The notes: a model not told the origin generated them from the letters alone. DNA of 64,000 bases from Alphaproteobacteria bacterium (GCA_030427385.1 JAUHWR010000001.1:1544042-1608041), one strand, 5' to 3'. Counted from the first letter of the stretch, positions 27,317-37,364 are shown. Program-made: numbers and translations.

Positions 27317-27585
27317 ATTAGTCCCTCTATTTTTTTGACGTTCTTATTGAAAGCGAACATCTTATTTATTAACTGTATTTATATTTATTATTGGAAATTC
27401 ACAACAGGCAAAATGGATAATTTTGTTTTTATTTTTTGGCGCTGTGAACTCATCTCCATATAATCATGTTATAATTTTTCATAAAATTAAGTCAAATTTT
27501 AATGAAAACTTAATACTTTTTCATGAAAAATAAGCAGTTAGAGGATTTATAAATGCAAGCGGGACTCTAAAGAGCCATCTTTTGC

Positions 27586-28341
27586 TTAGTTCACGAGCTG
27601 GTTACTATTTTGAATATACATCTGGATGGCGCCTGCCTGTCTTTCAGATAATATAATGTCATATTCGTTTGCATGACGCCCTGAAAAATTATCATAGTTT
27701 AAATAGGCAAAGGGTACATAAAATTCATTTTGATCCGCTCTGAATATAACATGCTCGATTTTACCGTTAAAATACGTCACGGATAAAACATTTCCGACCT
27801 CGCCGCGATCGGGATCAAGTATTGTGCTGCCCGGAAGCTGTCTTACACTGATTAAATCAGTCAAATTATCTTCTAAATTTGTTTGTAGCGGGATTTCCAA
27901 AAAATCACCAACGGGCATATTCACCATTACCGGATCATCATTTTTCAATTGACCTACGTCTGAAAAAGGAAGAAGACGGAGGCCTTTTGCCGAATCATCA
28001 AATTCCTCAACTGAAATCCATTCGATTTGACCGTTTATGCGATCGATATAAACATCATATAACGTCCCGATTACTGTCCCATTTGCCGCATAAACAGTTT
28101 GCCCCAAAATTTGTGTGTCATCTTTAAGTTGGTCTTGCTGATCCGGGAGAGATTGGGCGGATGCCAACCTGTAGTCAGCCGCCTTTAGAGGCAATTCATT
28201 TTGCTGGCTTTCAACTGTTTGGTAAGTAAAAAAATATAAGGGAATGCCAAGCAGTATAACAATTGCAATCATGCCAAAGGCAATTCCAGCCATTGGTGAT
28301 CTGCGTCTTTTTTCAATGGTAATGTCGTATTCTTCCTGCAT
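27586..28341 (-). CDS. Membrane-anchored protein with two PRC-barrel domains
   Basis: N-terminal TM helix (MAGIAFGMIAIVILLGIPLYFF). PRC-barrel-like segments VYAANGTVIGTLYDVYIDRINGQIEWISV and ILDPDRGEVGNVLSVTYFNGKIEHVIF. Confidence 0.65.
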   Translation of the reverse strand: MQEEYDITIEKRRRSPMAGIAFGMIAIVILLGIPLYFFTYQTVESQQNELPLKAADYRLASAQSLPDQQDQLKDDTQILGQTVYAANGTVIGTLYDVYIDRINGQIEWISVEEFDDSAKGLRLLPFSDVGQLKNDDPVMVNMPVGDFLEIPLQTNLEDNLTDLISVRQLPGSTILDPDRGEVGNVLSVTYFNGKIEHVIFRADQNEFYVPFAYLNYDNFSGRHANEYDIILSERQAGAIQMYIQNSNQLVN

Positions 28342-28402
28342 GGTAATAGTCCCTTCTGTGATGAGAGCAAATCAAGATCATTGCTCTTTCTGATATAAGA
28401 AC

Positions 28403-28435
28403 AATCCAGATAGACTATTAAAGCCTGTCTGGATT
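28403..28435 (-). terminator. Possible terminator hairpin downstream of csbD
   Basis: AATCCAGA / TCTGGATT 8-bp stem (28403-28410 / 28428-28435), extendable with one mismatch. A moderately U-rich stretch follows on the minus strand. The loop is large, so this is weak. Confidence 0.3.
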
Positions 28436-28479
28436 GAACTAGGTTTACGTCGATCTGACATAAATTAATAAAGCTGAAA

Positions 28480-28683
28480 TTAAGCGGCTTTAGTTCTTTC
28501 CCATTCAGAGACCTGCTTTTCAGCTTCGTCCTGAGCAACGCCGTAGCTTTCCTGAATTTGGCCAACCAACTTTTTGCGGTTACCTTCAATTTGATCTAAT
28601 TGATCATCTGTTAGCTCACCCCATTTTTCCTGAATGGTGCCTTTTAGTTGTGTCCAGTTTCCTTCAATAATATCCTTGTTCAT
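28480..28683 (-). CDS. csbD: CsbD-family general stress protein
   Basis: 67 aa. [41 protein letters not shown] is the CsbD signature. Confidence 0.9.
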   Translation of the reverse strand: MNKDIIEGNWTQLKGTIQEKWGELTDDQLDQIEGNRKKLVGQIQESYGVAQDEAEKQVSEWERTKAA

Positions 28684-28718
28684 AATTTTTCCTTTCTTTT
28701 GAAGTTGAAGTTTAATGG

Positions 28719-29453
28719 TTAATCTTTGACGACATCTTTATATGTCTTAAACGTCGCCGCTTGTTCTGCTGTCATTTGGAAGTTCAAGTCTTCCTCATGA
28801 CGGACAACCTTTAAATCGTTGTAATTAAGGGCCACTTCATCACCGCCGAAACCAAGGGTTTGGTTAAATGACACGATGATCTGATCACCTTCGCCATTAC
28901 CAGATAATGAAACGTCTTCCACGCTTGCGATAACTTCGCCGGCCTGATCAATAATGTTGCCTTCCAATAACTCAGCAACACTAAATCCATTACTGGGGAT
29001 GACCTTTACAGTGTCGCTGTAATCTTCACGGTCATATGAGAAGGCCGCCGCTTGATCGATATTTTCTTCAGATATGTCGGCAATCACATTGCCATCTTCA
29101 TTAATCTCAGATAATACGCTGAATTCGAATGCAACAGTCTTACCTAACCCCGTGAAATCACCATCGGCCAAAATAACCATTATGGGGGCGCCTTCACGAT
29201 TTAAGATTACGTCGCTAACTTTGGCGATGCGCTCATCTGCTTTGTTATAAACAACCTTACCAATTAGGTCGGTGGCAAGAGATCTCTCATTGATCTTAAT
29301 CACGCCGACATGCTCCGCTGGCTGTGATTTAGAATCCAAGTGAAGTTCTTTTTTTACTACAACGCTATCTTCGGTTGTTGCTGCACTTACCGCAGTACCC
29401 ATTAGCATTGTACCAGCAGCAAATGCGAAAAGTGGTATAAATTTATGTTTCAT
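28719..29453 (-). CDS. Periplasmic PRC-barrel domain protein (two domains) with a signal peptide
   Basis: Signal peptide [24 protein letters not shown]. Segments [31 protein letters not shown] and [30 protein letters not shown] are PRC-barrel-like. AAGGAGAA SD. Confidence 0.7.
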   Translation of the reverse strand: MKHKFIPLFAFAAGTMLMGTAVSAATTEDSVVVKKELHLDSKSQPAEHVGVIKINERSLATDLIGKVVYNKADERIAKVSDVILNREGAPIMVILADGDFTGLGKTVAFEFSVLSEINEDGNVIADISEENIDQAAAFSYDREDYSDTVKVIPSNGFSVAELLEGNIIDQAGEVIASVEDVSLSGNGEGDQIIVSFNQTLGFGGDEVALNYNDLKVVRHEEDLNFQMTAEQAATFKTYKDVVKD

Positions 29454-29482
29454 GATTCTTCTCCTTATTTTTATGCTTCACC

Positions 29483-29507
29483 AACTAACTTAGGGGTGCG
29501 AAGTTCC
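29483..29507 (-). promoter_or_regulatory. Candidate EcfG-type (alphaproteobacterial general stress sigma factor) promoter for the PRC-barrel/csbD transcription unit
   Basis: The minus strand reads GGAAC (complement of 29503-29507), then a 16-nt spacer, then AGTT. The consensus is GGAAC-N16-17-CGTT. The box ends about 30 nt upstream of the ATG at 29453. Confidence 0.5.
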
Positions 29508-29517
29508 ATATTATTTT

Positions 29518-29790
29518 TTAACAAACTAACAATTTCGGGGTTTGGCTTTTTGTAGATTTGATATCTATACGATCAAACTTACCTGCTCTTAATTCTATCT
29601 TTTTTTGGATGTCATGCAGGTCCGTTAGTAGATCAGATACGTCATTATTGCCGTTCTTTTCATCCAAGTCTTTTGCTTCGATAATCAAAACATTATGAAC
29701 TGAATTTTTACTTCCGACTTCTTCTTTCATATACATCGAATTAATAAGTGGGTGGGGAATGCCTTTTATTCTTCTTGGTATTGCTAACAT
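29518..29790 (-). CDS. Hypothetical 90-aa protein
   Basis: An AAGGAGA SD sits 5 nt upstream of the ATG at 29788-29790 (MLAIPRRIKG...), so the ORF-track start at 29856 was shortened. No recognisable motifs. Confidence 0.4.
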   Translation of the reverse strand: MLAIPRRIKGIPHPLINSMYMKEEVGSKNSVHNVLIIEAKDLDEKNGNNDVSDLLTDLHDIQKKIELRAGKFDRIDIKSTKSQTPKLLVC

Positions 29791-29958
29791 TTTTATCTCC
29801 TTGGGTTCGTGTTGATAATAAAAAGATAGCTCCTGCTTGTTGCTACATTGCGTCATGGTTGTTTCTTTTTGGAAAAATTTTGTTTCTGTTTTGTAACAGC
29901 GGCTTCGACATTTTTTTCACGTCATATAGGGCACTATATTTATAGTGAGCAGAAATAT

Positions 29959-29984
29959 GGAACGAAACCATCGGACGATGTGTT
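29959..29984 (+). promoter_or_regulatory. Candidate EcfG-type promoter for the EF-hand protein gene
   Basis: GGAAC (29959-29963), a 17-nt spacer, then TGTT (29981-29984), about 33 nt upstream of the ATG at 30017. Confidence 0.4.
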
Positions 29985-30016
29985 TAATAACCATAACTAA
30001 TCAGGAGATTGATAAC

Positions 30017-30556
30017 ATGAAAAAGAATTTACTATTAAGTACAGCCTTTGCTTTATTTATATATGCACCGGTTTCACATGCGGAGACTTTAAAAACAGAA
30101 ATTTATACCCAGCCAGTGGTTGTGGACAATGTTCGCACGATTAAATTTTCAGATTTCGATATAGATAAAGACGGATTTTATACCAAAAAAGAAGTTGGCA
30201 AGAAATTGTTTCAAGTATTCGATCGCGATGGCAACGAAGTTATAGATAACAATGAATGGGATATGACGAGTGTTTATACAATCACGCCCATGGAAAAAGA
30301 AGTATACAAATTTTTAGATAAGAATGATGACGGTTACACAGATTCATCATCATATACTTATGAAACATTCTTTGCGGAATCCGGTTTGGCTCATTTTGAC
30401 CATAATAAAGACGGCCTGTCCCCGAAAGAATTTATCGGGGTAAATTTCCAAAGTTTGGATGATAACGATGATGGCATTATTCAAATTGAGGAATGGGAAG
30501 AGGCATATGAAGATAGAAACCGTCCGGAAGCGGCAGAGCAAGAACGGTATAATTAA
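30017..30556 (+). CDS. Secreted EF-hand calcium-binding protein (about five DxDxDG loops)
   Basis: The start was moved to MKKNLLLSTAFALFIYAPVSHA (signal peptide, AGGAGA SD). EF-hand loops: DIDKDGFYTKKE, DRDGNEVIDNNE, DKNDDGYTD, DHNKDGLSPKEF, DDNDDGIIQIEE. Confidence 0.8.
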   Translation: MKKNLLLSTAFALFIYAPVSHAETLKTEIYTQPVVVDNVRTIKFSDFDIDKDGFYTKKEVGKKLFQVFDRDGNEVIDNNEWDMTSVYTITPMEKEVYKFLDKNDDGYTDSSSYTYETFFAESGLAHFDHNKDGLSPKEFIGVNFQSLDDNDDGIIQIEEWEEAYEDRNRPEAAEQERYN

Positions 30557-30629
30557 ATTATAAAAAGCTTTAATTCCGCCGGAATAAACGTTATCTATCA
30601 TATGGTTAAACCCATATACGGATAGAAGC

Positions 30630-31661
30630 ATGCTGGTCACAATCGCGTTGAATAACTATAATTATGAATCTTATATCAAAGAGGCGATAGACAGCGCATT
30701 AAACCAGACCTATCCGTTTATTCAGGTGGTGGTGGTTGATGACGGATCAACCGATGGATCACGCGCAATTATTGAATCTTACGGGGATAAAATTACCGCG
30801 ATTTTTAAGGATAATCAGGGGCAAGTAAGCGCCGTTAATAGAGGATGGGAAGAAGCCAAGGGAGAGATTGTGCTATTTTTGGATTCTGATGACGTTTTAT
30901 TCCCCGACACCATTCAAAAATGCGTTGATGTCTATAATAACGGCGATTACATTAATGTTTATTATATGATGGATAAGGTTGACAAACAGCGTAACCCCAA
31001 GGGCGATGTCACGCCGGATCAGGGTTATAGCGAAACACCACCTTTGGAAGATATGCGCAAATGGGGATATTATGCTTGTCCGCCAACATCGGCTCATACT
31101 TTTAAGAAAGAATATTTAGACAAAGTTATGCCCATCCCCCTTCGATCTGTAGGAGAGGAAGATGACGAAGTTCCCACAGATTCTTATTTATCGACTTATG
31201 CCGCTTTTATGGGGAATTTGTTTTTTATTCCTGAAGTTCTTGCCCATTACAGACTTCATGGAAATAACAAAGGCAGTTTGAGAAATAACTTTTCAAAACA
31301 CAAATTAAGACGCATGTTTATGCGTGATGTGCGTAGAGAATGGCTTCAAGTCGATTATTGCCGTAAACATAACATCGAGATTAAAGAGGATCGCGTATCC
31401 TTTAATCCGATTTATATTAAACACCGTTTTTTATCTTATCGCTTATTTCCTGAAGGGCATCCCATCGCCGGTGATACCTTTTCGTATTTGCTTAAACGGG
31501 GAATCCAATCAGGATATGTTTACCCGTATTTATCGCTGCGAAAAAGAGTGCTTCATTACGTAATGATACTGGTCATCGCCTTCATGCCCATCAGTATTAT
31601 AAAATACATATTGGATAAATATTACATTAGCTCCTACCAGTCCGCAGAAGACCGTCTATAG
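30630..31661 (+). CDS. Glycosyltransferase family 2
   Basis: VTIALNNYNYESYIKEAIDSALNQTYPFIQVVVVDDGSTDGS and the DSDD (DxD) motif. C-terminal hydrophobic helix. Confidence 0.8.
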   Translation: MLVTIALNNYNYESYIKEAIDSALNQTYPFIQVVVVDDGSTDGSRAIIESYGDKITAIFKDNQGQVSAVNRGWEEAKGEIVLFLDSDDVLFPDTIQKCVDVYNNGDYINVYYMMDKVDKQRNPKGDVTPDQGYSETPPLEDMRKWGYYACPPTSAHTFKKEYLDKVMPIPLRSVGEEDDEVPTDSYLSTYAAFMGNLFFIPEVLAHYRLHGNNKGSLRNNFSKHKLRRMFMRDVRREWLQVDYCRKHNIEIKEDRVSFNPIYIKHRFLSYRLFPEGHPIAGDTFSYLLKRGIQSGYVYPYLSLRKRVLHYVMILVIAFMPISIIKYILDKYYISSYQSAEDRL

Positions 31662-31664
31662 GGC

Positions 31665-33551
31665 TTATTTTATAAAGTTATAGAACATATTTGGAATATA
31701 AAAACGTTTCTTATTTAGAATAAATCCGATGAGATTAATGTGATTTCTATCAGTTCTGGAGATAGCGGCCTGTACCACGGGATATCGTGTCCGTTCGGCT
31801 TCGATCATAAATATAGACATATCGGCAAAACTGTTAATACGTGTACTGATCGGATCGTTAATTAAATTGCTGGATGTGATAAAAACAAGATCAAAATTTT
31901 TGCTGATTTGTGCAAAGACACCTTCCTTGATCATGCGGTTTTTATACTCGCCAAAAGATAAGAAGTATAACGCAGGAGGAAATGAAGCCTTAGTTGTTGC
32001 GGTATGCAAGTCAATCTCTTCCGCCTCAAAATAAGTAAGTTTCGTATCATCAATTACCAAAATGCGTAGATCCGTACGTGATACAGACAAATAATTTGCC
32101 AGATTAAATACAAGTGTGCTGGTCCCTTCATTTTGATTACAGCTGGTAACAGAAATAATCTTTGAATCCGCTTCTTTTTTTGTATTGATTTCCTGTACCA
32201 AAAATTCAAGATCATTCACAGGTAACTTTGATTTATGTCTTTTCTGGAATCTATCAATATACATATAGCTGGCGAGCAGAGGCGCTTTAAATAAATGCGA
32301 AATCTGGTCGGCGGCAACAATGCGCGTATCCATCAACTCAGAAATGATGGCAATTGCGCCGCCGATACAAGCGGCAAGAACAACCGATAATAATAAAATC
32401 AGCTTTTTATTCGGTTTGGCGGGGCGAACAGGAACGCTTGGCTTTTCAATCAAAGCAATTTGCGTAATTTTTCTCTTATTCAGATCCTCATTCACTTCAG
32501 CGGCCTGCATGCGCGAAAGCGCGCGTTCATATGCCGCCTCTTTCAGATCCACATTGCGCCTCAAGATATCATATTGCGATTTATAAGCGTTCATTTTCGC
32601 AATTTGCATATCCAAATCTGCAAGCTTATCCTGTAGCGCCCCCGTAGAGCGTTTAAGATTTCCGATCTCGGCGCGAAGATTTTCCCTGACCTTTTGAACG
32701 ACATCGCTACGCTCATTATAGGTCAAAAGCAATTCTTGCTCCTGTGAGCGTAATTCACTAATGCGTTTTTGTGCCTCATCCAAAGCCGGAAAAGGAACCC
32801 CCTCCCCCCCATCAGTCTTTTTGGCGGGAAGCGGAAGAGATGTGCCGCTTTTTTCACTATAGGTTGTTAAGTACTCAGTGATATCACTGCGTTTATTTAA
32901 AAGAATCGTAATTTCTTCATCAATCGAGGTCACGCCAGAAGTGTCTTTAAAATCGAGCAATTCTTTATTTGCTTTTTGCAAATCATCTAAAGACTTATCT
33001 GTTTGTTCACGGATAATATCTGTTTGGGCATTATTAAAGAACTCTGATTGGCGCTCTATGAATAAGGCCACATGCTTTTCGAGTAACTCAAGTGCTATTG
33101 TCGGATTTTTATGATAGACCCCAACATCAATGATGCCTGCGCTGCTGGAGGGGATTGTTTGAAGATCTTCCATATAATTTAAGATGGCACGATCCATTTT
33201 CTTCTGTGGATTTGAATCTTTTGTGTCGAGTAAATGAGGGTAAATCTCGTCTAAGGAAAAGTTGCCTAATAATTGTTCAACCAAATCACGGCTGCGGAAA
33301 ATATTTAAATTTGATTGGATTAATCCCCTTTTTTCCTCGGCTGTCAGTTTAACGATTTGGTTTTGCGTAATTTCCGGGCGGGAATCCTGTTCAAATTGCA
33401 CCATGAACTTTGCCGCACTTAAAAAGACCGGTGTGCTGAGGAGAATATATAATAATGCCGCACTTACAATCGGAATGAATATAGCGAAAAATTTCCATTT
33501 TTGCCTGAAAGCGGCACGGAAAACACTTCTGGTATCCATCTTAATAATCAT
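31665..33551 (-). CDS. Polysaccharide co-polymerase (Wzz/GumC/ExoP family) with a degenerate BY-kinase-like C-terminal domain
   Basis: Wzz-type N-terminus (FRQKWKFFAIFIPIVSAALLYILLSTP), a long coiled-coil periplasmic region and a second TM. The C-terminal P-loop region reads SCNQNEGTST instead of GEGKST (32115-32132), and the Walker B Asp is lost (DLVFITSSN). The start is uncertain: TTG 33569, ATG 33551 or ATG 33539. Confidence 0.75.
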   Translation of the reverse strand: MIIKMDTRSVFRAAFRQKWKFFAIFIPIVSAALLYILLSTPVFLSAAKFMVQFEQDSRPEITQNQIVKLTAEEKRGLIQSNLNIFRSRDLVEQLLGNFSLDEIYPHLLDTKDSNPQKKMDRAILNYMEDLQTIPSSSAGIIDVGVYHKNPTIALELLEKHVALFIERQSEFFNNAQTDIIREQTDKSLDDLQKANKELLDFKDTSGVTSIDEEITILLNKRSDITEYLTTYSEKSGTSLPLPAKKTDGGEGVPFPALDEAQKRISELRSQEQELLLTYNERSDVVQKVRENLRAEIGNLKRSTGALQDKLADLDMQIAKMNAYKSQYDILRRNVDLKEAAYERALSRMQAAEVNEDLNKRKITQIALIEKPSVPVRPAKPNKKLILLLSVVLAACIGGAIAIISELMDTRIVAADQISHLFKAPLLASYMYIDRFQKRHKSKLPVNDLEFLVQEINTKKEADSKIISVTSCNQNEGTSTLVFNLANYLSVSRTDLRILVIDDTKLTYFEAEEIDLHTATTKASFPPALYFLSFGEYKNRMIKEGVFAQISKNFDLVFITSSNLINDPISTRINSFADMSIFMIEAERTRYPVVQAAISRTDRNHINLIGFILNKKRFYIPNMFYNFIK

Positions 33552-33565
33552 AGCTGTCTTTCCAA

Positions 33566-34294
33566 TCAATCGATTGTATAGGTTGCGTTAACACCCGGTG
33601 ATACAAACTGTTTAATCATTTGCTCATATTCTTCATATACCAATGCCGTATCGGTTTTTGGAACAAATACAACATCATAGGATGCCAATCTTGGGTCTTG
33701 GGTGACGTCACCGCCTTGAGTTGCGGCATAATAATTTGCCACAAAAGATTCTGGATTTTCCCCTTCACCTCTACGGATAATCAGGACTTTTTTATCCTGA
33801 CCTGAATTTTTGATGCCGCCGGCTCTTGCAATGGCCTGGGTCAAAGTCATCGGTTGACCAATTGTGACATACTCCCCCGGTGCATTAACTTCGCCGCTGA
33901 CATAAATACGCGTCGGCGCATATGAGCGTACAATAACAGAGAGCATTGGTTTATCTAATAATTCTGAATAAGCAAACTCAAGTAGCTCATTCACTTTTGA
34001 AACACTTAAATTATAAACCAGAATATCTCTGGCGATACTGGTTGAGATCATGCCATCGGGGCGCACAGATACGCTTTCATTCAATTCCGGGTTTAGGGGG
34101 AATTTAATATCCAACGTGTCACCCACCTGTAGCTTGTATAAAGGCAATTTTCCGGCGGGCTGTGCGATTGGTCTGATATTTGAAGGCGCCGTGGGAATAT
34201 CTTTGTAATTATTCCCCCCCGCACATCCGGTGACCACTATGACACATAGGAGCAATGCTATCTGATTGAAATAATTTCTAAAATACTTACTCAT
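33566..34294 (-). CDS. Polysaccharide export outer-membrane lipoprotein (Wza/GumB/ExoF family)
   Basis: The start was moved to MSKYF...LLCVIVVTGCAG (lipobox, AAGGA SD). Poly_export motifs YKLQVGDTLDIKF, VSVRPDGMIS, VSGEVNAPGEY and an SLBB-like C-terminus. Confidence 0.85.
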   Translation of the reverse strand: MSKYFRNYFNQIALLLCVIVVTGCAGGNNYKDIPTAPSNIRPIAQPAGKLPLYKLQVGDTLDIKFPLNPELNESVSVRPDGMISTSIARDILVYNLSVSKVNELLEFAYSELLDKPMLSVIVRSYAPTRIYVSGEVNAPGEYVTIGQPMTLTQAIARAGGIKNSGQDKKVLIIRRGEGENPESFVANYYAATQGGDVTQDPRLASYDVVFVPKTDTALVYEEYEQMIKQFVSPGVNATYTID

Positions 34295-34340
34295 ATCGGG
34301 TTCCTTCAAAATACGTATAAGTTTGATTGTTGTAATATGA

Positions 34341-35375
34341 TTATAGTGAGCTGTCACTTAATTTATCCTTACCGCTATAAATTGAGACGCCTTCCCAAAA
34401 TCCGCATGACCATCCCAAGTGCATGACCATCATCGCAAATCCGGACATAATAACGCGCCAATCCTTATGTTCATAAGATAAAAACAGCCCATAGCACAAG
34501 CATGCCAGTGACCAACTATAAAAGGGAATAAGAAAGAACGGATGAATAATTCCGAATAGCCCCACCAATAGCACAGGTAATATAAAGGCAGGGATCATTT
34601 GACGTGGTTTCGGGCGTATTTTGTGTTTAAAAATTGTTTTCGCGCGCCCTTTTCCAAAATTACTATATTGCTGAAACAATGACATAAATGATTTTCTGGG
34701 GAAGTAATCCAGATAAGTCTCGCCGGTTAGCCAAATTTTATGACCCGCCATAATGACCCGATGATCATATTCCGCATCTTCATTATGAGAGAAGCTCTCA
34801 TCATAGCCTCCTAACGATTTAAAAACATCTGTTTTAAACAAGGCATGATGACCATGATCGACCCATGACCCATTTTGACCCACTTGGCGATGTAAAGATC
34901 CGCCATTCCCCATTTTTGAATTTTGAGCAGCGGCAATGGCGATTTGAACGGGATTTTCACCGATACTATTCATGGACACCACAACGGATGCCGCTCCGGT
35001 TTTCTTTTGTTCCTCTATCAGAGTTTTGCAAAATCCATGCGGATAGCGGGCATGGGCATCAAGCCGAATAAGAAAAGGCGCCGCATCGCCAAATTTTGAT
35101 GCAACAAGGTTAATCGCCGCGCTTTGCAGGCGTTTTGGATTTAGCATTACCTCTATATTTTCATGATCATCCGCCAATGCTTTGGCGATCATATATGTAG
35201 AATCCTTACTTTGACCATCCACAATTACAATCATCACATTGATATCGGCTGACTCTGCTATAACTGAGGCAACGATATCTTTGATATATTTTTCTTCATT
35301 TAAACACGGGATCGCAATGACAGCATCATAAATGTGTGTCGCTTTATCTGAATCGATGTGATCTGAATTGTTCAA
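34341..35375 (-). CDS. Glycosyltransferase family 2 with a C-terminal membrane domain (ExoA-like)
   Basis: AVIAIPCLNEEKYI...VIVDGQSKDST, then three or four C-terminal TM helices. The apparent start is TTG with no clear SD, so the start is uncertain. Confidence 0.7.
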   Translation of the reverse strand: MNNSDHIDSDKATHIYDAVIAIPCLNEEKYIKDIVASVIAESADINVMIVIVDGQSKDSTYMIAKALADDHENIEVMLNPKRLQSAAINLVASKFGDAAPFLIRLDAHARYPHGFCKTLIEEQKKTGAASVVVSMNSIGENPVQIAIAAAQNSKMGNGGSLHRQVGQNGSWVDHGHHALFKTDVFKSLGGYDESFSHNEDAEYDHRVIMAGHKIWLTGETYLDYFPRKSFMSLFQQYSNFGKGRAKTIFKHKIRPKPRQMIPAFILPVLLVGLFGIIHPFFLIPFYSWSLACLCYGLFLSYEHKDWRVIMSGFAMMVMHLGWSCGFWEGVSIYSGKDKLSDSSL

Positions 35376-35389
35376 TAGAGTATTCAGCT

Positions 35390-36010
35390 TTAATAAGCGC
35401 CTTCGCGTTTGAGGACAACAAATATGGTTTTAAACATAATTTTGATGTCCGTTAAGATAGATAGATTATGTACATAAGCATTATCAAGTGTTACCCGTTT
35501 GTTATAACTGGCGTCACTTCTGCCGCTGACCTGCCATAAACCTGTTACCCCCGGTTTTACGGAGAAATAGTTTTTAATATCTTCATTATAATACTTAATT
35601 TCATCCGCGACAATCGGGCGTGGTCCGACCAAGCTCATTTCGCCAATTAAAACATTATATAATTGCGGCAGCTCATCAAGGCTGGTTTTTCTTAAAAAGC
35701 CGCCAATCGCTGTTATGCGGGGATCGTTTTTTAATTTATAGGACGCCTCCCATTCTGCTTTTGCTCTTGAGTCATTCGCTAAAAGCTGCGTTAAAATCTC
35801 TTGTGAGTTTGTGGCCATACTTCTAAATTTCCAACATTTAAAAGAGCGTCCATCTTTTCCCAGTCGCACATGTCCATAAAAAGCAGGGCCGCCATCTAGC
35901 CTAACTTTATATATAATAAATAAAAATAGTGGGCTGAATACGATTAACCCCAAAGTTGATCCAATGATATCCATAGATCTTTTTAAAAATTTAATAATAG
36001 TAGTCGACAT
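35390..36010 (-). CDS. Undecaprenyl-phosphate sugar phosphotransferase (bacterial sugar transferase; ExoY/WbaP C-terminal type), the priming enzyme
   Basis: DELPQLYNVLIGEMSLVGPRP and KPGVTGLWQVSGRSD motifs with a single N-terminal TM. The start was moved to the ATG at 36008-36010, which has a GGAGGA SD. Confidence 0.85.
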   Translation of the reverse strand: MSTTIIKFLKRSMDIIGSTLGLIVFSPLFLFIIYKVRLDGGPAFYGHVRLGKDGRSFKCWKFRSMATNSQEILTQLLANDSRAKAEWEASYKLKNDPRITAIGGFLRKTSLDELPQLYNVLIGEMSLVGPRPIVADEIKYYNEDIKNYFSVKPGVTGLWQVSGRSDASYNKRVTLDNAYVHNLSILTDIKIMFKTIFVVLKREGAY

Positions 36011-36224
36011 ATCTTCCTCCATTACGGCCTGTCTTTCATAAGCTTCCCCACACCGGTTGCCTTTCATAAGATAAGCGGATAAGTTGTTCAGCAGGCTTAC
36101 TTTTATTTATATTACTTTTTTATTATGTAATAAAAACCTGCCTTGCGGCGCAACAAAAAAGTTGTTTTATATAATAACTTCATTTAAATAGTCAATTTCA
36201 TTATAAAATGCAATAGGAAAATTA

Positions 36225-37364
36225 TTGAAAATAACTTATCTCGCTCATGATGTCTCTGATGCCGCTATCGCTAAGCGGACGGCCATGCTGTCTCAAGCGG
36301 GGACACAAATATATCTGGCTGGCTTTCGCCGCATTGCCGAGCCGATAGCCACATTACCGGGCGCAAGCAGTATCACCGATTTGGGACGAACACGTAATGC
36401 CAGCTTTATAAATCGGATAGTAGCAGTATTGAAAGTTCTTATACGGATATATTCCTATAAAGCTCTTTTCAAGGATGCGGATATCATCATAGCGCGCAAT
36501 TTGGAAATGCTGGTCATTGCCGTTACGGCCAAAGCACTTTTTTATCAAAAGAAAGCGCCGATTGTTATTTATGAATGTCTGGATATTCATAGAATGATGT
36601 TAAAAGAGAACATCGTCGGGAAAGTACTACGCGGTATTGAAGGATATTTAAGTCACAAAGCCGATGGCTTAATTACCAGCTCCCCCGCCTTTGTTAGTGA
36701 CTATTTTGAGCAAAAATCACGTGTAAACCTGCCTGTTAAATTGATTGAAAACAAAGTTTACATGAGCGCCCCATATACCCGCCGCGATAATTCAAATCTC
36801 AATATTGAAACTAATAACGTATGGAAAATTGGTTGGTTTGGTGTGTTACGGTGTCGACAAAGCCTGGCCATTTTGTCAAAAATGGCAGAACATAGCCACG
36901 GCAAAATCAAAGTTATTATACGGGGGAAACCCGCCTATGATCAAATTCCGGATTTTGATCATATTGTGAATAATACAGACGGGCTGGAATATAAAGGAAC
37001 ATATAAATATCCCGATGATTTAGCTGAGATATATGGTGACATTCACTTTAATTGGGCCATTGATAAGTATGAAGATGGGCAAAATTCATTATGGTTGTTA
37101 CCCAATCGTTTATATGAAGGAAGCCTGTATGGTGCCATTCCGGTTGCGGAAAAACATGTCGAAACGGGAGCCTATCTGGATAGGTACAATATCGGTGTCA
37201 CATTGCCGCAACCTTTGGATCATAATGCATTTGCTTTTTTTGATAAAATGACCACAGAGCGTTATAAGACACTTAAAGAAGGGCTTATGAGCCTGCCTGA
37301 TACCCATTGGATATTTCAACAAAAAGAATGTGATGACATACTCGCATGGATGAAAAGCTTATAA
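36225..37364 (+). CDS. Putative glycosyltransferase (GT-B-like); family not recognised
   Basis: 379 aa inside the EPS locus, TTG start with an AGGAAAA SD. It resembles uncharacterised exo/pss-cluster glycosyltransferases, but I cannot point to a diagnostic motif. Confidence 0.4.
   Translation: MKITYLAHDVSDAAIAKRTAMLSQAGTQIYLAGFRRIAEPIATLPGASSITDLGRTRNASFINRIVAVLKVLIRIYSYKALFKDADIIIARNLEMLVIAVTAKALFYQKKAPIVIYECLDIHRMMLKENIVGKVLRGIEGYLSHKADGLITSSPAFVSDYFEQKSRVNLPVKLIENKVYMSAPYTRRDNSNLNIETNNVWKIGWFGVLRCRQSLAILSKMAEHSHGKIKVIIRGKPAYDQIPDFDHIVNNTDGLEYKGTYKYPDDLAEIYGDIHFNWAIDKYEDGQNSLWLLPNRLYEGSLYGAIPVAEKHVETGAYLDRYNIGVTLPQPLDHNAFAFFDKMTTERYKTLKEGLMSLPDTHWIFQQKECDDILAWMKSL

Noticed and set aside
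28269-28589. The 106-aa minus-strand ORF overlapping csbD and the upstream end of the PRC-barrel gene.
   Set aside because: It overlaps the strongly supported CsbD frame and spans the putative terminator hairpin. It has no motifs.
32804-34220. C7/G7 homopolymer tracts inside the gumC-like gene (32804-32810) and the wza-like gene (34214-34220), as possible phase-variation switches of EPS export.
   Set aside because: Seven nucleotides is below the length usually associated with efficient slipped-strand switching. An identical C7 tract occurs in the housekeeping gene glpD (45702-45708). The tracts simply encode Gly-Gly or Pro-Gly.
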